Origin: a phage
Length of the DNA stretch: 64,000 nt
Sequence record: PZ296772.1
Strand: one strand, 5' to 3'
Shown here: piece by piece, positions 28,537 through 37,778 of the stretch
Position numbering within the stretch: position 1 is the first letter of the stretch
How the letters are laid out: every line of letters begins with the position of its first letter
Notes under the pieces: generated by a model
Told to the model about the DNA's origin: nothing
Database searches by the model: none
The model's input: only the letters and a program-made list of their open reading frames with translations
Position numbers and translations under genes: made by a program

Positions 28537-29435
28537 TGGCTATTTTCCGCGTACCTATCTTGAGTATGCGGTCTTATGAAACTGGACAGTATGCTATCCT
28601 TAAGGATGGCAACTTCCAACTTCATTTGCACCGTGCTAATCCAGGTGATGTGATTACATATCCACGTAATGCATCTGATATTAAAGAATGTGAACGTCTT
28701 TTCCCGGAATTTAAGTTTGTTCCATTATGGTATAAAGATAACGCGTATAACACTCGTAAATATTTCTGGTCTGAAAATGAATTTGTGGTTGATTCATTAA
28801 TTGCTTATTATGATTGTGATTTTCTAATCACAGATATCACTGGATATGATGGCGCTTTTGACGTAGAATTCAATTTCAATATCACTGCAGACCCTAATAA
28901 ACCACGTTTTTATATTGATGAATTCTTAAAAACCGACATGTTGTCTGTTAATCGTTCAATCCAAACAACTGTGTTGAATAAACGTCAAAAGGAAGTGCTG
29001 GTTAACGCTGGTGCCGATGGTAATAAGATTATCGTAACGCAGAAAGTTATACGTCCTTCCGTCATGCAGCGTCTTGTAGGTGATTTGGCTCCTATTCATC
29101 TAGATGGTATTTTTCATCCATTTCGAATTAGTGACCCATGCTATCGTTTTGAACAAGTTGTTGAATGCGCAATTCAATTAGGTCAACCGCTTTATATAAC
29201 TGATCCAAATAATAGTTTCGACAGAAATAAGTATCCTGAAGAAGCGCTGATTCGAATTTTTAATCCAACTAAAACTGAGTACTATCAAATTCTTAAAGGA
29301 CGTCCGAAGATTCAATATTTCGAAAATCCTGAAGAAGTATTCCATCCAGGTCTTGGTGAGTTCATCTACTTTAATGCTTTAATTTCTTCACCGTATAATA
29401 TACCTAAATACGAAGATGTCGTAATCGAGGAATAA
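28536..29435 (+). CDS. hypothetical protein occupying the T4 beta-glucosyltransferase position
   Basis: 299-aa ORF coupled to the gp42 homologue; no motif recognised. Confidence 0.5.
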   Translation: MAIFRVPILSMRSYETGQYAILKDGNFQLHLHRANPGDVITYPRNASDIKECERLFPEFKFVPLWYKDNAYNTRKYFWSENEFVVDSLIAYYDCDFLITDITGYDGAFDVEFNFNITADPNKPRFYIDEFLKTDMLSVNRSIQTTVLNKRQKEVLVNAGADGNKIIVTQKVIRPSVMQRLVGDLAPIHLDGIFHPFRISDPCYRFEQVVECAIQLGQPLYITDPNNSFDRNKYPEEALIRIFNPTKTEYYQILKGRPKIQYFENPEEVFHPGLGEFIYFNALISSPYNIPKYEDVVIEE

Positions 29436-29436
29436 A

Positions 29437-29985
29437 ATGGCTAAAATTATTTTAGTAGATGGCCCGGATAATGCCGGTAAAACAACTTTCATTAATGACG
29501 TAATGGAAATTAGTGAAAGATATGTAAAGATTGATTTCCCTAAACGAACAATTGATGGACGTTTCGATGTTAAGTCTCGAAATGAAGTTGGCTGTTTCGA
29601 AACGATGTTGAATTATTTAGACCCTACTAAGATTTATCTGTTAGACCGTGGATATATTAGTAACTGGGTTTATGGACGTATTCGACAAGATGCGGACTCA
29701 GTTCTTGACGTTTATGAACAGGATTATGTTCGTCTTTGCCAAAACCATGATGTGTTCACAATTATTTTAACACGTAACGAAATGACTGAAAGTTTTGAAG
29801 ACGACCTTATTACTTTGTCTTCATTAGGTTTTAATACAGTCATTTCATATTTTGAAGAGTTTGCAATTCATAACAAAATCCAAACGTATCAATTACTTAA
29901 TCATGATGGTGCTAACAAAGTTATAGGATTTAATGCAAGCGAACGTAATAATTTGATTACAGAAATCATCAAATGGGCTCGTTAA
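29437..29985 (+). CDS. P-loop nucleotide kinase-like protein
   Basis: Walker A VDGPDNAGKTT and LLDRGY (DRY-type) motif as in dNMP/thymidylate kinases. Confidence 0.6.
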   Translation: MAKIILVDGPDNAGKTTFINDVMEISERYVKIDFPKRTIDGRFDVKSRNEVGCFETMLNYLDPTKIYLLDRGYISNWVYGRIRQDADSVLDVYEQDYVRLCQNHDVFTIILTRNEMTESFEDDLITLSSLGFNTVISYFEEFAIHNKIQTYQLLNHDGANKVIGFNASERNNLITEIIKWAR

Positions 29986-30004
29986 GAGCCATTTAAAGTT
30001 TTAA

Positions 30005-30029
30005 ATGCTGTATAACCCTTAGTATATAA
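30005..30029 (+). promoter_or_regulatory. candidate middle promoter for uvsX
   Basis: tgctgta MotA-box-like, 12-bp gap, tataat. Confidence 0.4.
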
Positions 30030-30083
30030 TCATCTTATCTTTTAAACATGAGTAAAATATAATGATGCCTATGGAAAAATACA

Positions 30084-31256
30084 ATGTCTGATTTAAAATC
30101 TCGTCTGATTAAAGCTTCTACTTCTAAAATGACTGCAGACTTGACTAAGTCTAAGCTGTTTAATAATCGTGATGAAGTCCCTACTCGTATTCCGATGTTG
30201 AATATTGCACTAGGTGGTGCTCTGAATGCAGGATTGCAATCAGGCTTGACTATTTTTGCTGCTCCTTCTAAACACTTTAAAACGTTGTTTGGGCTGACTA
30301 TGGTTGCAGCGTATATGAAGAAATATAAAGATGCAATCTGTTTGTTTTATGACTCGGAATTCGGTGCTTCAGAATCTTATTTTCGTTCAATGGGTGTCGA
30401 TTTAGACCGTGTAGTTCATACACCAATTCAGTCTGTCGAACAACTTAAAGTCGATATGACTAATCAGCTTGACGCTATTGAACGCGGTGATAAAGTTATT
30501 ATCTTTATCGATTCAATCGGTAATACTGCATCTAAGAAAGAAACCGAAGATGCGTTGAACGAGAAAGTTGTAGGTGATATGTCTCGTGCTAAGGCACTTA
30601 AATCTCTTTTCCGTATTGTGACCCCGTATCTGACTATTAAAGATATTCCGTGTGTTGCAATTAACCATACCGCAATGGAAATTGGCGGATTGTATCCTAA
30701 AGAGATTATGGGCGGTGGTACAGGTATTCTTTATTCTGCCAACACAGTATTTTTTATCTCTAAACGTCAGGTTAAAGAAGGTACAGAATTGACCGGTTAT
30801 GACTTCACGTTGAAAGCAGAAAAATCTCGCACCGTTAAAGAAAAATCTACTTTCCCAATCACGGTTAATTTTGATGGTGGTATCGACCCATTCAGTGGCT
30901 TGCTAGAAATGGCAACTGAAATCGGTTTTGTGGTTAAGCCTAAAGCCGGGTGGTATGCTCGTGAATTCCTTGACGAAGAAACAGGTGAAATGATTCGTGA
31001 AGAAAAATCATGGCGTGCTAAAGCTACTGATTGTGTAGAATTCTGGGGACCTTTGTTTAAACACAAACCTTTCCGAGATGCAATTGAAACCAAATATAAA
31101 CTAGGTGCTATCTCTTCTATTAAAGAAGTTGATGACGCTGTTAACGACCTTATTAATTGCAAAGCAACAACTAAGGTTCCAGTTAAAACTTCTGATGCTC
31201 CATCTGCAGCAGATATAGAAAACGACCTTGACGAAATGGAAGATTTCGATGAATAA
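30084..31256 (+). CDS. uvsX: RecA-like recombinase UvsX
   Basis: MSDLKSRLIKASTSK...GWYAREFLDEETGEMIREEKSWRAK matches T4 UvsX from memory. Confidence 0.93.
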   Translation: MSDLKSRLIKASTSKMTADLTKSKLFNNRDEVPTRIPMLNIALGGALNAGLQSGLTIFAAPSKHFKTLFGLTMVAAYMKKYKDAICLFYDSEFGASESYFRSMGVDLDRVVHTPIQSVEQLKVDMTNQLDAIERGDKVIIFIDSIGNTASKKETEDALNEKVVGDMSRAKALKSLFRIVTPYLTIKDIPCVAINHTAMEIGGLYPKEIMGGGTGILYSANTVFFISKRQVKEGTELTGYDFTLKAEKSRTVKEKSTFPITVNFDGGIDPFSGLLEMATEIGFVVKPKAGWYAREFLDEETGEMIREEKSWRAKATDCVEFWGPLFKHKPFRDAIETKYKLGAISSIKEVDDAVNDLINCKATTKVPVKTSDAPSAADIENDLDEMEDFDE

Positions 31257-31590
31257 TCTCGATGATTTAAATCTAGAAATCGTTGATGAATCCCCTTCTT
31301 TGGAAGGGGAGGACATTCGCAAAGAACGAGTGTTTAATGAATCTCTTAAAATTATCCGTTCAGCAATGGAAAATGTCATTCAAGAGATTCTGATTACACT
31401 TGAAGACGGTTCACATCATATAGTCTATATTACAAAACTAGACTGGGTTGATGGTAAAATCGTAATGGACTTTGCAGTTCTTGACCAGGACAGAAAAGCA
31501 GAACTTGCACCACATGTTGAAAAATGTGTTACAATGCAAGTACAACAAGCTTTTAATGAACGAACCAAGAAAAAATTTAAATTCTTTTAA
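31249..31590 (+). CDS. 40: gp40-position protein (head vertex assembly chaperone; positional assignment)
   Basis: 113-aa ORF between uvsX and 41; start 31228 or 31249. Confidence 0.55.
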   Translation: MNNLDDLNLEIVDESPSLEGEDIRKERVFNESLKIIRSAMENVIQEILITLEDGSHHIVYITKLDWVDGKIVMDFAVLDQDRKAELAPHVEKCVTMQVQQAFNERTKKKFKFF

Positions 31591-31599
31591 GGAGTTATC

Positions 31600-33042
31600 G
31601 TGGTAGAAATTATTTTGTCTCATCTCGTATATGACCAGGCTTATTTTTCTAAGGTCTGGCCTTATATGGATTCTGAGTATTTTGAGCGTGGACCGGCAAA
31701 AAATGTCTTTAAAATTATAAAGAGCCACGTTAACGAATATAATGCAATGCCATCCATCAATGCATTAAAGGTGGCTTTAGATAACAGTTCTTTAACTGAA
31801 GCCGAATATAAAGGAACTTCAGACCTAATTGAAAAATTGGCTGATACTCCTGAAGACCACGAATGGTTGGTTAAAGAAACTGAGAAATATGTCCAGCAAA
31901 AAGCGATGTATAATGCTACATCCAAAATCATTGAGATTCAGTCTAATGCTGAACTACCTCCAGAACAACGTAACAAGAAAATGCCTGACGTAGGAGCTAT
32001 TCCTGATATTATGCGTCAAGCACTTTCAATTTCGTTCGATAGTTATGTTGGACATGACTGGATGGAAGACTACGAAGCACGCTGGCTTTCTTATCTGAAC
32101 AAAGCACGTAAGGTCCCGTTCAAATTAAACATTCTGAATAAAATCACTAAAGGTGGTGCTGAAACCGGTACACTAAACGTTTTAATGGCTGGTGTTAACG
32201 TTGGTAAATCTTTAGGCCTTTGTTCACTTGCTGCAGATTATCTTCAAACAGGTCATAATGTTCTTTATATTTCCATGGAAATGGCTGAAGAAGTTTGTGC
32301 TAAGCGTATAGATGCAAACATGCTTGACGTATCGCTCGATGATATCGATGATGGTAATGTATCTTATGCTGAATATAAAGCCAAGATGGAAAAATGGCGT
32401 TCAAAATCCACATTAGGACGTTTAGTAGTTAAACAGTATCCTACCGGTGGAGCTAATGCTAATACATTTCGTGCATTGCTTAATGAGTTAAAACTTAAGA
32501 AGAACTTTGTGCCATCCGTAATCATGGTTGATTACTTAGGTATTTGTGGGTCTTGTCGTATCAGAGTTTACACTGAAAATAGCTACACATTAGTTAAAGC
32601 TATCGCAGAAGAACTTCGTGCATTAGCAGTAGAATCTGAAACAGTTTTATGGACTGCAGCTCAAGTAGGACGTGCAGCATGGGATGCTTCGGATATGAAC
32701 ATGAGCGATATTGCAGAATCAGCAGGTTTACCAGCAACGGCAGATTTCATGTTGGCCGTAATTGAAACCGAAGAACTTGCACAAGCTGAACAACAACTTA
32801 TCAAACAAATCAAATCACGATATGGTGATAAGAATAAATGGAATAAATTCCTGATGGGTGTACGTAAAGGCAACCAAAAATGGATTGAGATTGAGCAAGA
32901 AGGCATGAACACACCTAACACAGTAAATGAAAACGCAGGTGCTCAGATGCGTCAGGCAGAGGTGAATCGTACGGAACGCGTAGGTAAAGCCAAAGCAACA
33001 CGGGCTGACCTAGATAGCTTAGCCAATGAGTTAAAATTTTAA
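31600..33042 (+). CDS. 41: replicative DNA helicase gp41 (DnaB-like)
   Basis: 480 aa; Walker A GVNVGKSLG; GTG start with aaggag RBS. Confidence 0.92.
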   Translation: MVEIILSHLVYDQAYFSKVWPYMDSEYFERGPAKNVFKIIKSHVNEYNAMPSINALKVALDNSSLTEAEYKGTSDLIEKLADTPEDHEWLVKETEKYVQQKAMYNATSKIIEIQSNAELPPEQRNKKMPDVGAIPDIMRQALSISFDSYVGHDWMEDYEARWLSYLNKARKVPFKLNILNKITKGGAETGTLNVLMAGVNVGKSLGLCSLAADYLQTGHNVLYISMEMAEEVCAKRIDANMLDVSLDDIDDGNVSYAEYKAKMEKWRSKSTLGRLVVKQYPTGGANANTFRALLNELKLKKNFVPSVIMVDYLGICGSCRIRVYTENSYTLVKAIAEELRALAVESETVLWTAAQVGRAAWDASDMNMSDIAESAGLPATADFMLAVIETEELAQAEQQLIKQIKSRYGDKNKWNKFLMGVRKGNQKWIEIEQEGMNTPNTVNENAGAQMRQAEVNRTERVGKAKATRADLDSLANELKF

Positions 33043-33049
33043 TAAAAAA

Positions 33050-33072
33050 GGAGACTTCGGTCTCCTTTCGGG
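33050..33072 (+). terminator. rho-independent terminator followed by early promoter
   Basis: ggagac-ttcg-gtctcc hairpin, tttcgggg; gtttaca at 33073. Confidence 0.7.
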
Positions 33073-33131
33073 GTTTACATCTTCCTCTAGGCATGATATG
33101 ATGAACTTACACCAACCAAGAGGAAAACATT

Positions 33132-33506
33132 ATGAATATGTCTCAAGCAATTTTTACTGCAATCACCGAAAACAAAACTGTTGAAGTAGTTTCTCCGCTG
33201 GCAACCTACGTTATTCTTGCTCCTAAAACTATTGTATCTCGTATGGAAAACACGGGCAAACGTATCGTACAAATAGTTGGAGCTGGAAATCAAAAACTTG
33301 ATTATCTACGAACCATCAAAGCTTATGAACATTTCCAACTCGAAAAAGGTTCTCCTATCCAGGTAGAACTCGTAAATGGTGATATCGTTCGAGCAATGTT
33401 CCATCATTTCTATGCATTGAATGACCCATCTAAAGCGGTTCGTTTAATTGCATACGACGCAAACCAAAACGAAATCAACGCAGATATATCTAAATTACAT
33501 TTTTAA
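33132..33506 (+). CDS. hypothetical protein
   Basis: 124 aa; gaggaaaacatt RBS. Confidence 0.5.
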   Translation: MNMSQAIFTAITENKTVEVVSPLATYVILAPKTIVSRMENTGKRIVQIVGAGNQKLDYLRTIKAYEHFQLEKGSPIQVELVNGDIVRAMFHHFYALNDPSKAVRLIAYDANQNEINADISKLHF

Positions 33507-33557
33507 GTTTACTTCTCCAGTAGTTGTGTTATTATAGACCCTATCAACTACTGGAGA
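33507..33557 (+). promoter_or_regulatory. early promoter with flanking stem-loop (PeSL-like cassette)
   Basis: gtttac -35, tattat -10, flanked by perfect 13-bp inverted repeat tctccagtagttg / caactactggaga. Confidence 0.65.
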
Positions 33558-33562
33558 ACAAA

Positions 33563-33880
33563 ATGAAAACCATCGATTGTAAAGCAGAATTTAAGATTTT
33601 TTATCACGGTTCAAGTAGTTCAGCTAACATCAAAAACATGCTTTGTCCTCCTGAAGAAACAGGAGTTCTGTCTGAAACAGGACGTAAGAAAAACTTGGAT
33701 CGTGTATTCTTTACTGAAGATATCGGTTTAGCAAAGATTTATGCAGGACGAGCAGCACGCTCTTATGGAGGTGAACCACGTCTCTATCGAGTAATTTCTC
33801 CGGTAGATGTAGTTCAAATGAATGATACTAAAGGCGCTACAGTTTATCACGCTGAATGGGCATTTTGCGAGGAAATATGA
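33563..33880 (+). CDS. hypothetical protein
   Basis: 105 aa from ATG 33563 with ggag RBS. Confidence 0.5.
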   Translation: MKTIDCKAEFKIFYHGSSSSANIKNMLCPPEETGVLSETGRKKNLDRVFFTEDIGLAKIYAGRAARSYGGEPRLYRVISPVDVVQMNDTKGATVYHAEWAFCEEI

Positions 33881-34068
33881 GCAAATTAACTAAAGTTACT
33901 TTTATTGGCTGGTTTAAAAGCGGTGAGATGTTCACTAAAGATATCATGTTATCAGGCGACCGTGAAGAAATCGAGTGGGTTGCGGTACAACTTGCTGAAG
34001 TGAACAACGCATTAGTTAAAGCATTTGTTAATGACGAGAAAGTTTTTGAAGCTGATTTCAGAGGATAA
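33877..34068 (+). CDS. hypothetical protein
   Basis: 63 aa; gagg RBS. Confidence 0.45.
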   Translation: MSKLTKVTFIGWFKSGEMFTKDIMLSGDREEIEWVAVQLAEVNNALVKAFVNDEKVFEADFRG

Positions 34069-34282
34069 TATGTATTCAACTGTGTTTAAACCATCAACAT
34101 ACGAATTTGCATCAACTACACAATGGAAAGCTCTTATTCTGGAAGGATGGGAACTAATGATGGACTGTGAAGCATCTGAAAAGTTTCCACACGGCAAAGT
34201 GGACTTCGTTAAATTTGCTGTACGTCCGACTAAACGACAGATTCGTCAAGAAAAACGCAAATTTCGCAAAAGTTTAAAATAA
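34069..34282 (+). CDS. small basic protein with VRPTKRQ C-terminal motif (paralogue of 4638-4808)
   Basis: 70 aa; C-terminus AVRPTKRQIRQEKRKFRK. Confidence 0.45.
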
Positions 34283-34342
34283 CTGTTTACAAGCACCACA
34301 TACTGTGTTACTATCTTTCTATCAACTACAGAGGAAATTGAA

Positions 34343-34711
34343 ATGAAAAAATTAATCGCTTTAGCAATGGTATTTGGATTAACCGGATGTGGTGCCCATG
34401 GCTTTATTCCTAATAACGTTGGCCAACTGATTTACAATCCGAATGTTAAACAATATGAACAACCTAAAGTTGAAGTGGAAGACCCGGTTACTGTAGGTAA
34501 TCGAATGATTCAAGCTGATGCTCATGCTCAACGTTATCGTGATTCTGATACTGTAGCTATGTCAAAAGAACAACGTGTTAAAGAACATTGCTTACAGGCT
34601 ACTGAAATCGCATTCATTCGCTATGTTGAAACAACTGGTAAAGAGCCTACCCAGAAACAAATCGCAAATAACTACGTCCAGTGTATTGAACGTTTAAACA
34701 AATTTAATTAA
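34343..34711 (+). CDS. predicted lipoprotein
   Basis: signal peptide MKKLIALAMVFGLTGC with lipobox LTGC. Confidence 0.6.
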   Translation: MKKLIALAMVFGLTGCGAHGFIPNNVGQLIYNPNVKQYEQPKVEVEDPVTVGNRMIQADAHAQRYRDSDTVAMSKEQRVKEHCLQATEIAFIRYVETTGKEPTQKQIANNYVQCIERLNKFN

Positions 34712-34772
34712 TTGGTTTACACCAAAGTTAAAATAAGATACTATAAACATAACAAATCAAGAGGAAATTAAC

Positions 34773-35021
34773 ATGGAATTATTCGTGGCTAGTTCAGTAG
34801 CAGTTTTAATCGCAGGTATTGGTTCAATCATCATTTACATGTTGCCTTGGGTAATCGCACTTATTCGTGGCACAAAAAGCACAACAGCAATCTTCTTTGT
34901 ATCTTTACTCTTTAACTGGACGATGGTTGGTTGGATTGGAACTTTAATTTGGTCTATCGTTGCCGAAAAGAAATCTGCTCAGCAGCCTCAACAAGTAATT
35001 ATTATTCGCGAAAAAGAATAA
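34773..35021 (+). CDS. small inner-membrane protein (two predicted TM helices)
   Basis: 82 aa, hydrophobic; T4 Imm-like size and topology. Confidence 0.5.
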   Translation: MELFVASSVAVLIAGIGSIIIYMLPWVIALIRGTKSTTAIFFVSLLFNWTMVGWIGTLIWSIVAEKKSAQQPQQVIIIREKE

Positions 35022-35084
35022 ACTTGTTTACATTATAGATGGACTATAGTATAGTAGTCCTATCAAATCAACTAAGGAGTTAAA

Positions 35085-35378
35085 ATGAAAAAGTTATCAT
35101 TGGCAGCAATCTTACTCGCAGTATCATGTGCACCAGCTCCAGTTACGGCAGGTTATGATAAAGACCTCTGTGAGTGGTCAATGACTGCAAATCAAGAAGA
35201 TGTTGAACAACAAATCTTCTCTGATATCATGAACATCACTAAACGAGACCGTCCTAATATGGTTAATAAAGTTGTTGAACAACTTAAGTCTGGTGGTATC
35301 ATGCAGTACAATTATGTTTTGTATTGTGACCCTAATTTCGATAACAAAGATATCGTAACCGAAATCACAGGTGAATAA
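35085..35378 (+). CDS. predicted lipoprotein or secreted protein
   Basis: MKKLSLAAILLAVSCAP signal peptide with lipobox-like AVSC. Confidence 0.55.
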   Translation: MKKLSLAAILLAVSCAPAPVTAGYDKDLCEWSMTANQEDVEQQIFSDIMNITKRDRPNMVNKVVEQLKSGGIMQYNYVLYCDPNFDNKDIVTEITGE

Positions 35379-35379
35379 T

Positions 35380-36030
35380 ATGATTTATTACATGCACAAA
35401 AACGCGCCATTTAAATATGGTAAATTTCCTAATGCACAATGTTATAATATAACGCCGAATGAAAATAATAACGGTTATCATATTGGTGTAATTTTTGTAA
35501 TTGTTAAAGATAACGAAATCGTTGCCTGGGCTGATTTTAAAGGTACAACGTATGATGTTAATCCGGTGCCTTTCACATATTATAATATAATGGATTTGGC
35601 ATATGATTATAATTGGTTTAATCATGACGCGTTGGCTCATATTGAAGGTGTAGGATTTGACATCTCTTATTCTAGTTATTCATTATGTCCTATGAGCCGA
35701 GCTCACGGTAAAGATGCATCATATCTTTCATTTCGGAAACGTGTAAACTTCAAACGTAGTACAGAGTATGTCGGTGGACTCTTTGTTAAAGATAATAAAA
35801 TAACCCGTATTAGTTATCCTTTAAGTGTAGGTCAAAAAGATGTTGATGTTGATTTAGACTTAACCGAAAATAACATTAATCATATTGCTTCCGTGTATTT
35901 TGATATCGATGAAAAAATTGTAGTGTGTGGATACGAATTACCGCCTGAAGAAAAGGCTGAAACAATTGAAGTCGAATTAGAAATTTCTGTTGATGACCAA
36001 ATATTTAATGCATTTATGAATCGAGGTTAA
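35380..36030 (+). CDS. hypothetical protein
   Basis: 216-aa ORF; aggtg RBS. Confidence 0.5.
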   Translation: MIYYMHKNAPFKYGKFPNAQCYNITPNENNNGYHIGVIFVIVKDNEIVAWADFKGTTYDVNPVPFTYYNIMDLAYDYNWFNHDALAHIEGVGFDISYSSYSLCPMSRAHGKDASYLSFRKRVNFKRSTEYVGGLFVKDNKITRISYPLSVGQKDVDVDLDLTENNINHIASVYFDIDEKIVVCGYELPPEEKAETIEVELEISVDDQIFNAFMNRG

Positions 36031-36031
36031 A

Positions 36032-36229
36032 ATGACTACTGCAATTTGCACTGGTTCTAAAATTAGTGTTTTTACAAGTTTTGAAGATTACGAAGTTGTT
36101 TCAAAACACCAATGCCATATTAGCGTAAAAGCTAATGATGGTGTAATTTGGAATATTCCGCAGTATGAAGGCACTACATATGAAGTCACAGATATAAATG
36201 GTGACAAAGCAATCTTTGTAATTGATTAA
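36032..36229 (+). CDS. hypothetical protein
   Basis: 65-aa ORF coupled. Confidence 0.45.
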   Translation: MTTAICTGSKISVFTSFEDYEVVSKHQCHISVKANDGVIWNIPQYEGTTYEVTDINGDKAIFVID

Positions 36230-36248
36230 ATATACTCAGGAGGTACCT

Positions 36249-36716
36249 ATGGGTATTATTAACACTGCAATAGATTCTGTTTACGCATATAAGTTTATTC
36301 GACTAATGCAAAAACCTTTTACCGAATGGAAAGCATACGAAGCCAAAATCATCGATGAACGTGGAAGTGTTCTTAAACGTCCTTCTACTCCCGAAGAGAA
36401 AGCAGCGTATACACCTTTTCATGCTTCAGTTCGTTCAATGAAGCGAATGATGAGCACTGTTCCGGGTCTTAATGGAATGGCCTCAATGATGTCTGCCTGG
36501 AGTGCTGTAGCTTCACGCTATAACATTACGGAAGAACAACAGAAAGAAATATTTAAAGAACTCCCTTTATTTGAGGATATGGTTGCTGGTGATTCAGGTG
36601 GCAGCCCTCAAGCTATTGCATCAGGAACAACTACAGGTGCAGTCGTAAATAAAGGTCCAGAACAAATTCCTTCCAAGAAAAGAAAGCGAATTAAAGTAAA
36701 TATTAATAAGTTGTGA
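36249..36716 (+). CDS. hypothetical protein
   Basis: 155 aa; aggagg RBS. Confidence 0.5.
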   Translation: MGIINTAIDSVYAYKFIRLMQKPFTEWKAYEAKIIDERGSVLKRPSTPEEKAAYTPFHASVRSMKRMMSTVPGLNGMASMMSAWSAVASRYNITEEQQKEIFKELPLFEDMVAGDSGGSPQAIASGTTTGAVVNKGPEQIPSKKRKRIKVNINKL

Positions 36717-36755
36717 TATGATGGCCTTATTAATTTAAGGCCTCTGGAGAATACT

Positions 36756-37778
36756 ATGGCTGAATGGATAGATAATGAATTTGCGTATCGTGCGTTTTCT
36801 CACCTACCTCGTTTTAGACAAATCAATAATTCAAGCACATTTAAATTAACATTTCGTTGTCCAGTTTGTGGCGACTCCCAGACAGATGCAATGAAAGCTC
36901 GTGGATGGTATTATGGCGGTACTCCTGGTAATGTACATTGCTATAATTGTCAATACCACAATACAATTTCCGGATACTTAAAAGAATATGACGAAGAGCT
37001 TTATCGCGAATATCTAATGGAAGTTCGTAAAGAAAAAGCTAGAATGGAACCAAAGATTGAAAAGGTTCCTGAAGCTAAGCCGGAGCCAGAGAAAAAGACT
37101 ATAAATTCTTTGCCGTCTTGTTCTCGTCTGGACAAGCTGCCTGAAGAGCATCCTATTGTGAAATATGTTAAGTCTCGATGCATTCCTAAAGAATCATGGA
37201 ACAGATTATGGTTCACATTAGAATGGCCTAAATTGGTCAACAAGATTCAACCTGGTACGTATAAGAAAGAGATTCCCGAACCACGTTTAGTGATTCCTAT
37301 TTTTAATAAAGACGGGAAGGCTGAGTCATTCCAAGGACGTGCACTTCGTAAAGATGCTCCTCAGAAATATATCACTATTAAAGCGTTTGAGTCTGCAACA
37401 AAAATTTATGGTGTTGAACGTGTTAAGGAAGGGGACGTCTGGGTAATGGAAGGCCCTATTGATAGTTTATTCATACCCAATGCAATCGCTATTACAGGCG
37501 GCTCAATAGATTTAGATGTGGTACCATTTAAAGAACGTCGGGTATGGGTAATGGATAATGAACCTAGGCATCCGGATACTATAGCTCGCATGAAGCGATT
37601 AGTTGATGCAGGCGAACGTGTCATGTTCTGGGACCGAGCTCCATGGAGATCAAAGGATGTGAATGATATGGTAATGAAAGAAAATGCAACACCACAAGAA
37701 ATTTTAGAATATATGAAACAGAATATTTCAAGTGGGTTGCATGCTAAAATGAGATTATCTCGTTATTCGAAGATTTAA
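36756..37778 (+). CDS. 61: DNA primase gp61
   Basis: zinc ribbon CPVCGDS...CYNC; Toprim region; matches T4 gp61 from memory. Confidence 0.92.
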   Translation: MAEWIDNEFAYRAFSHLPRFRQINNSSTFKLTFRCPVCGDSQTDAMKARGWYYGGTPGNVHCYNCQYHNTISGYLKEYDEELYREYLMEVRKEKARMEPKIEKVPEAKPEPEKKTINSLPSCSRLDKLPEEHPIVKYVKSRCIPKESWNRLWFTLEWPKLVNKIQPGTYKKEIPEPRLVIPIFNKDGKAESFQGRALRKDAPQKYITIKAFESATKIYGVERVKEGDVWVMEGPIDSLFIPNAIAITGGSIDLDVVPFKERRVWVMDNEPRHPDTIARMKRLVDAGERVMFWDRAPWRSKDVNDMVMKENATPQEILEYMKQNISSGLHAKMRLSRYSKI

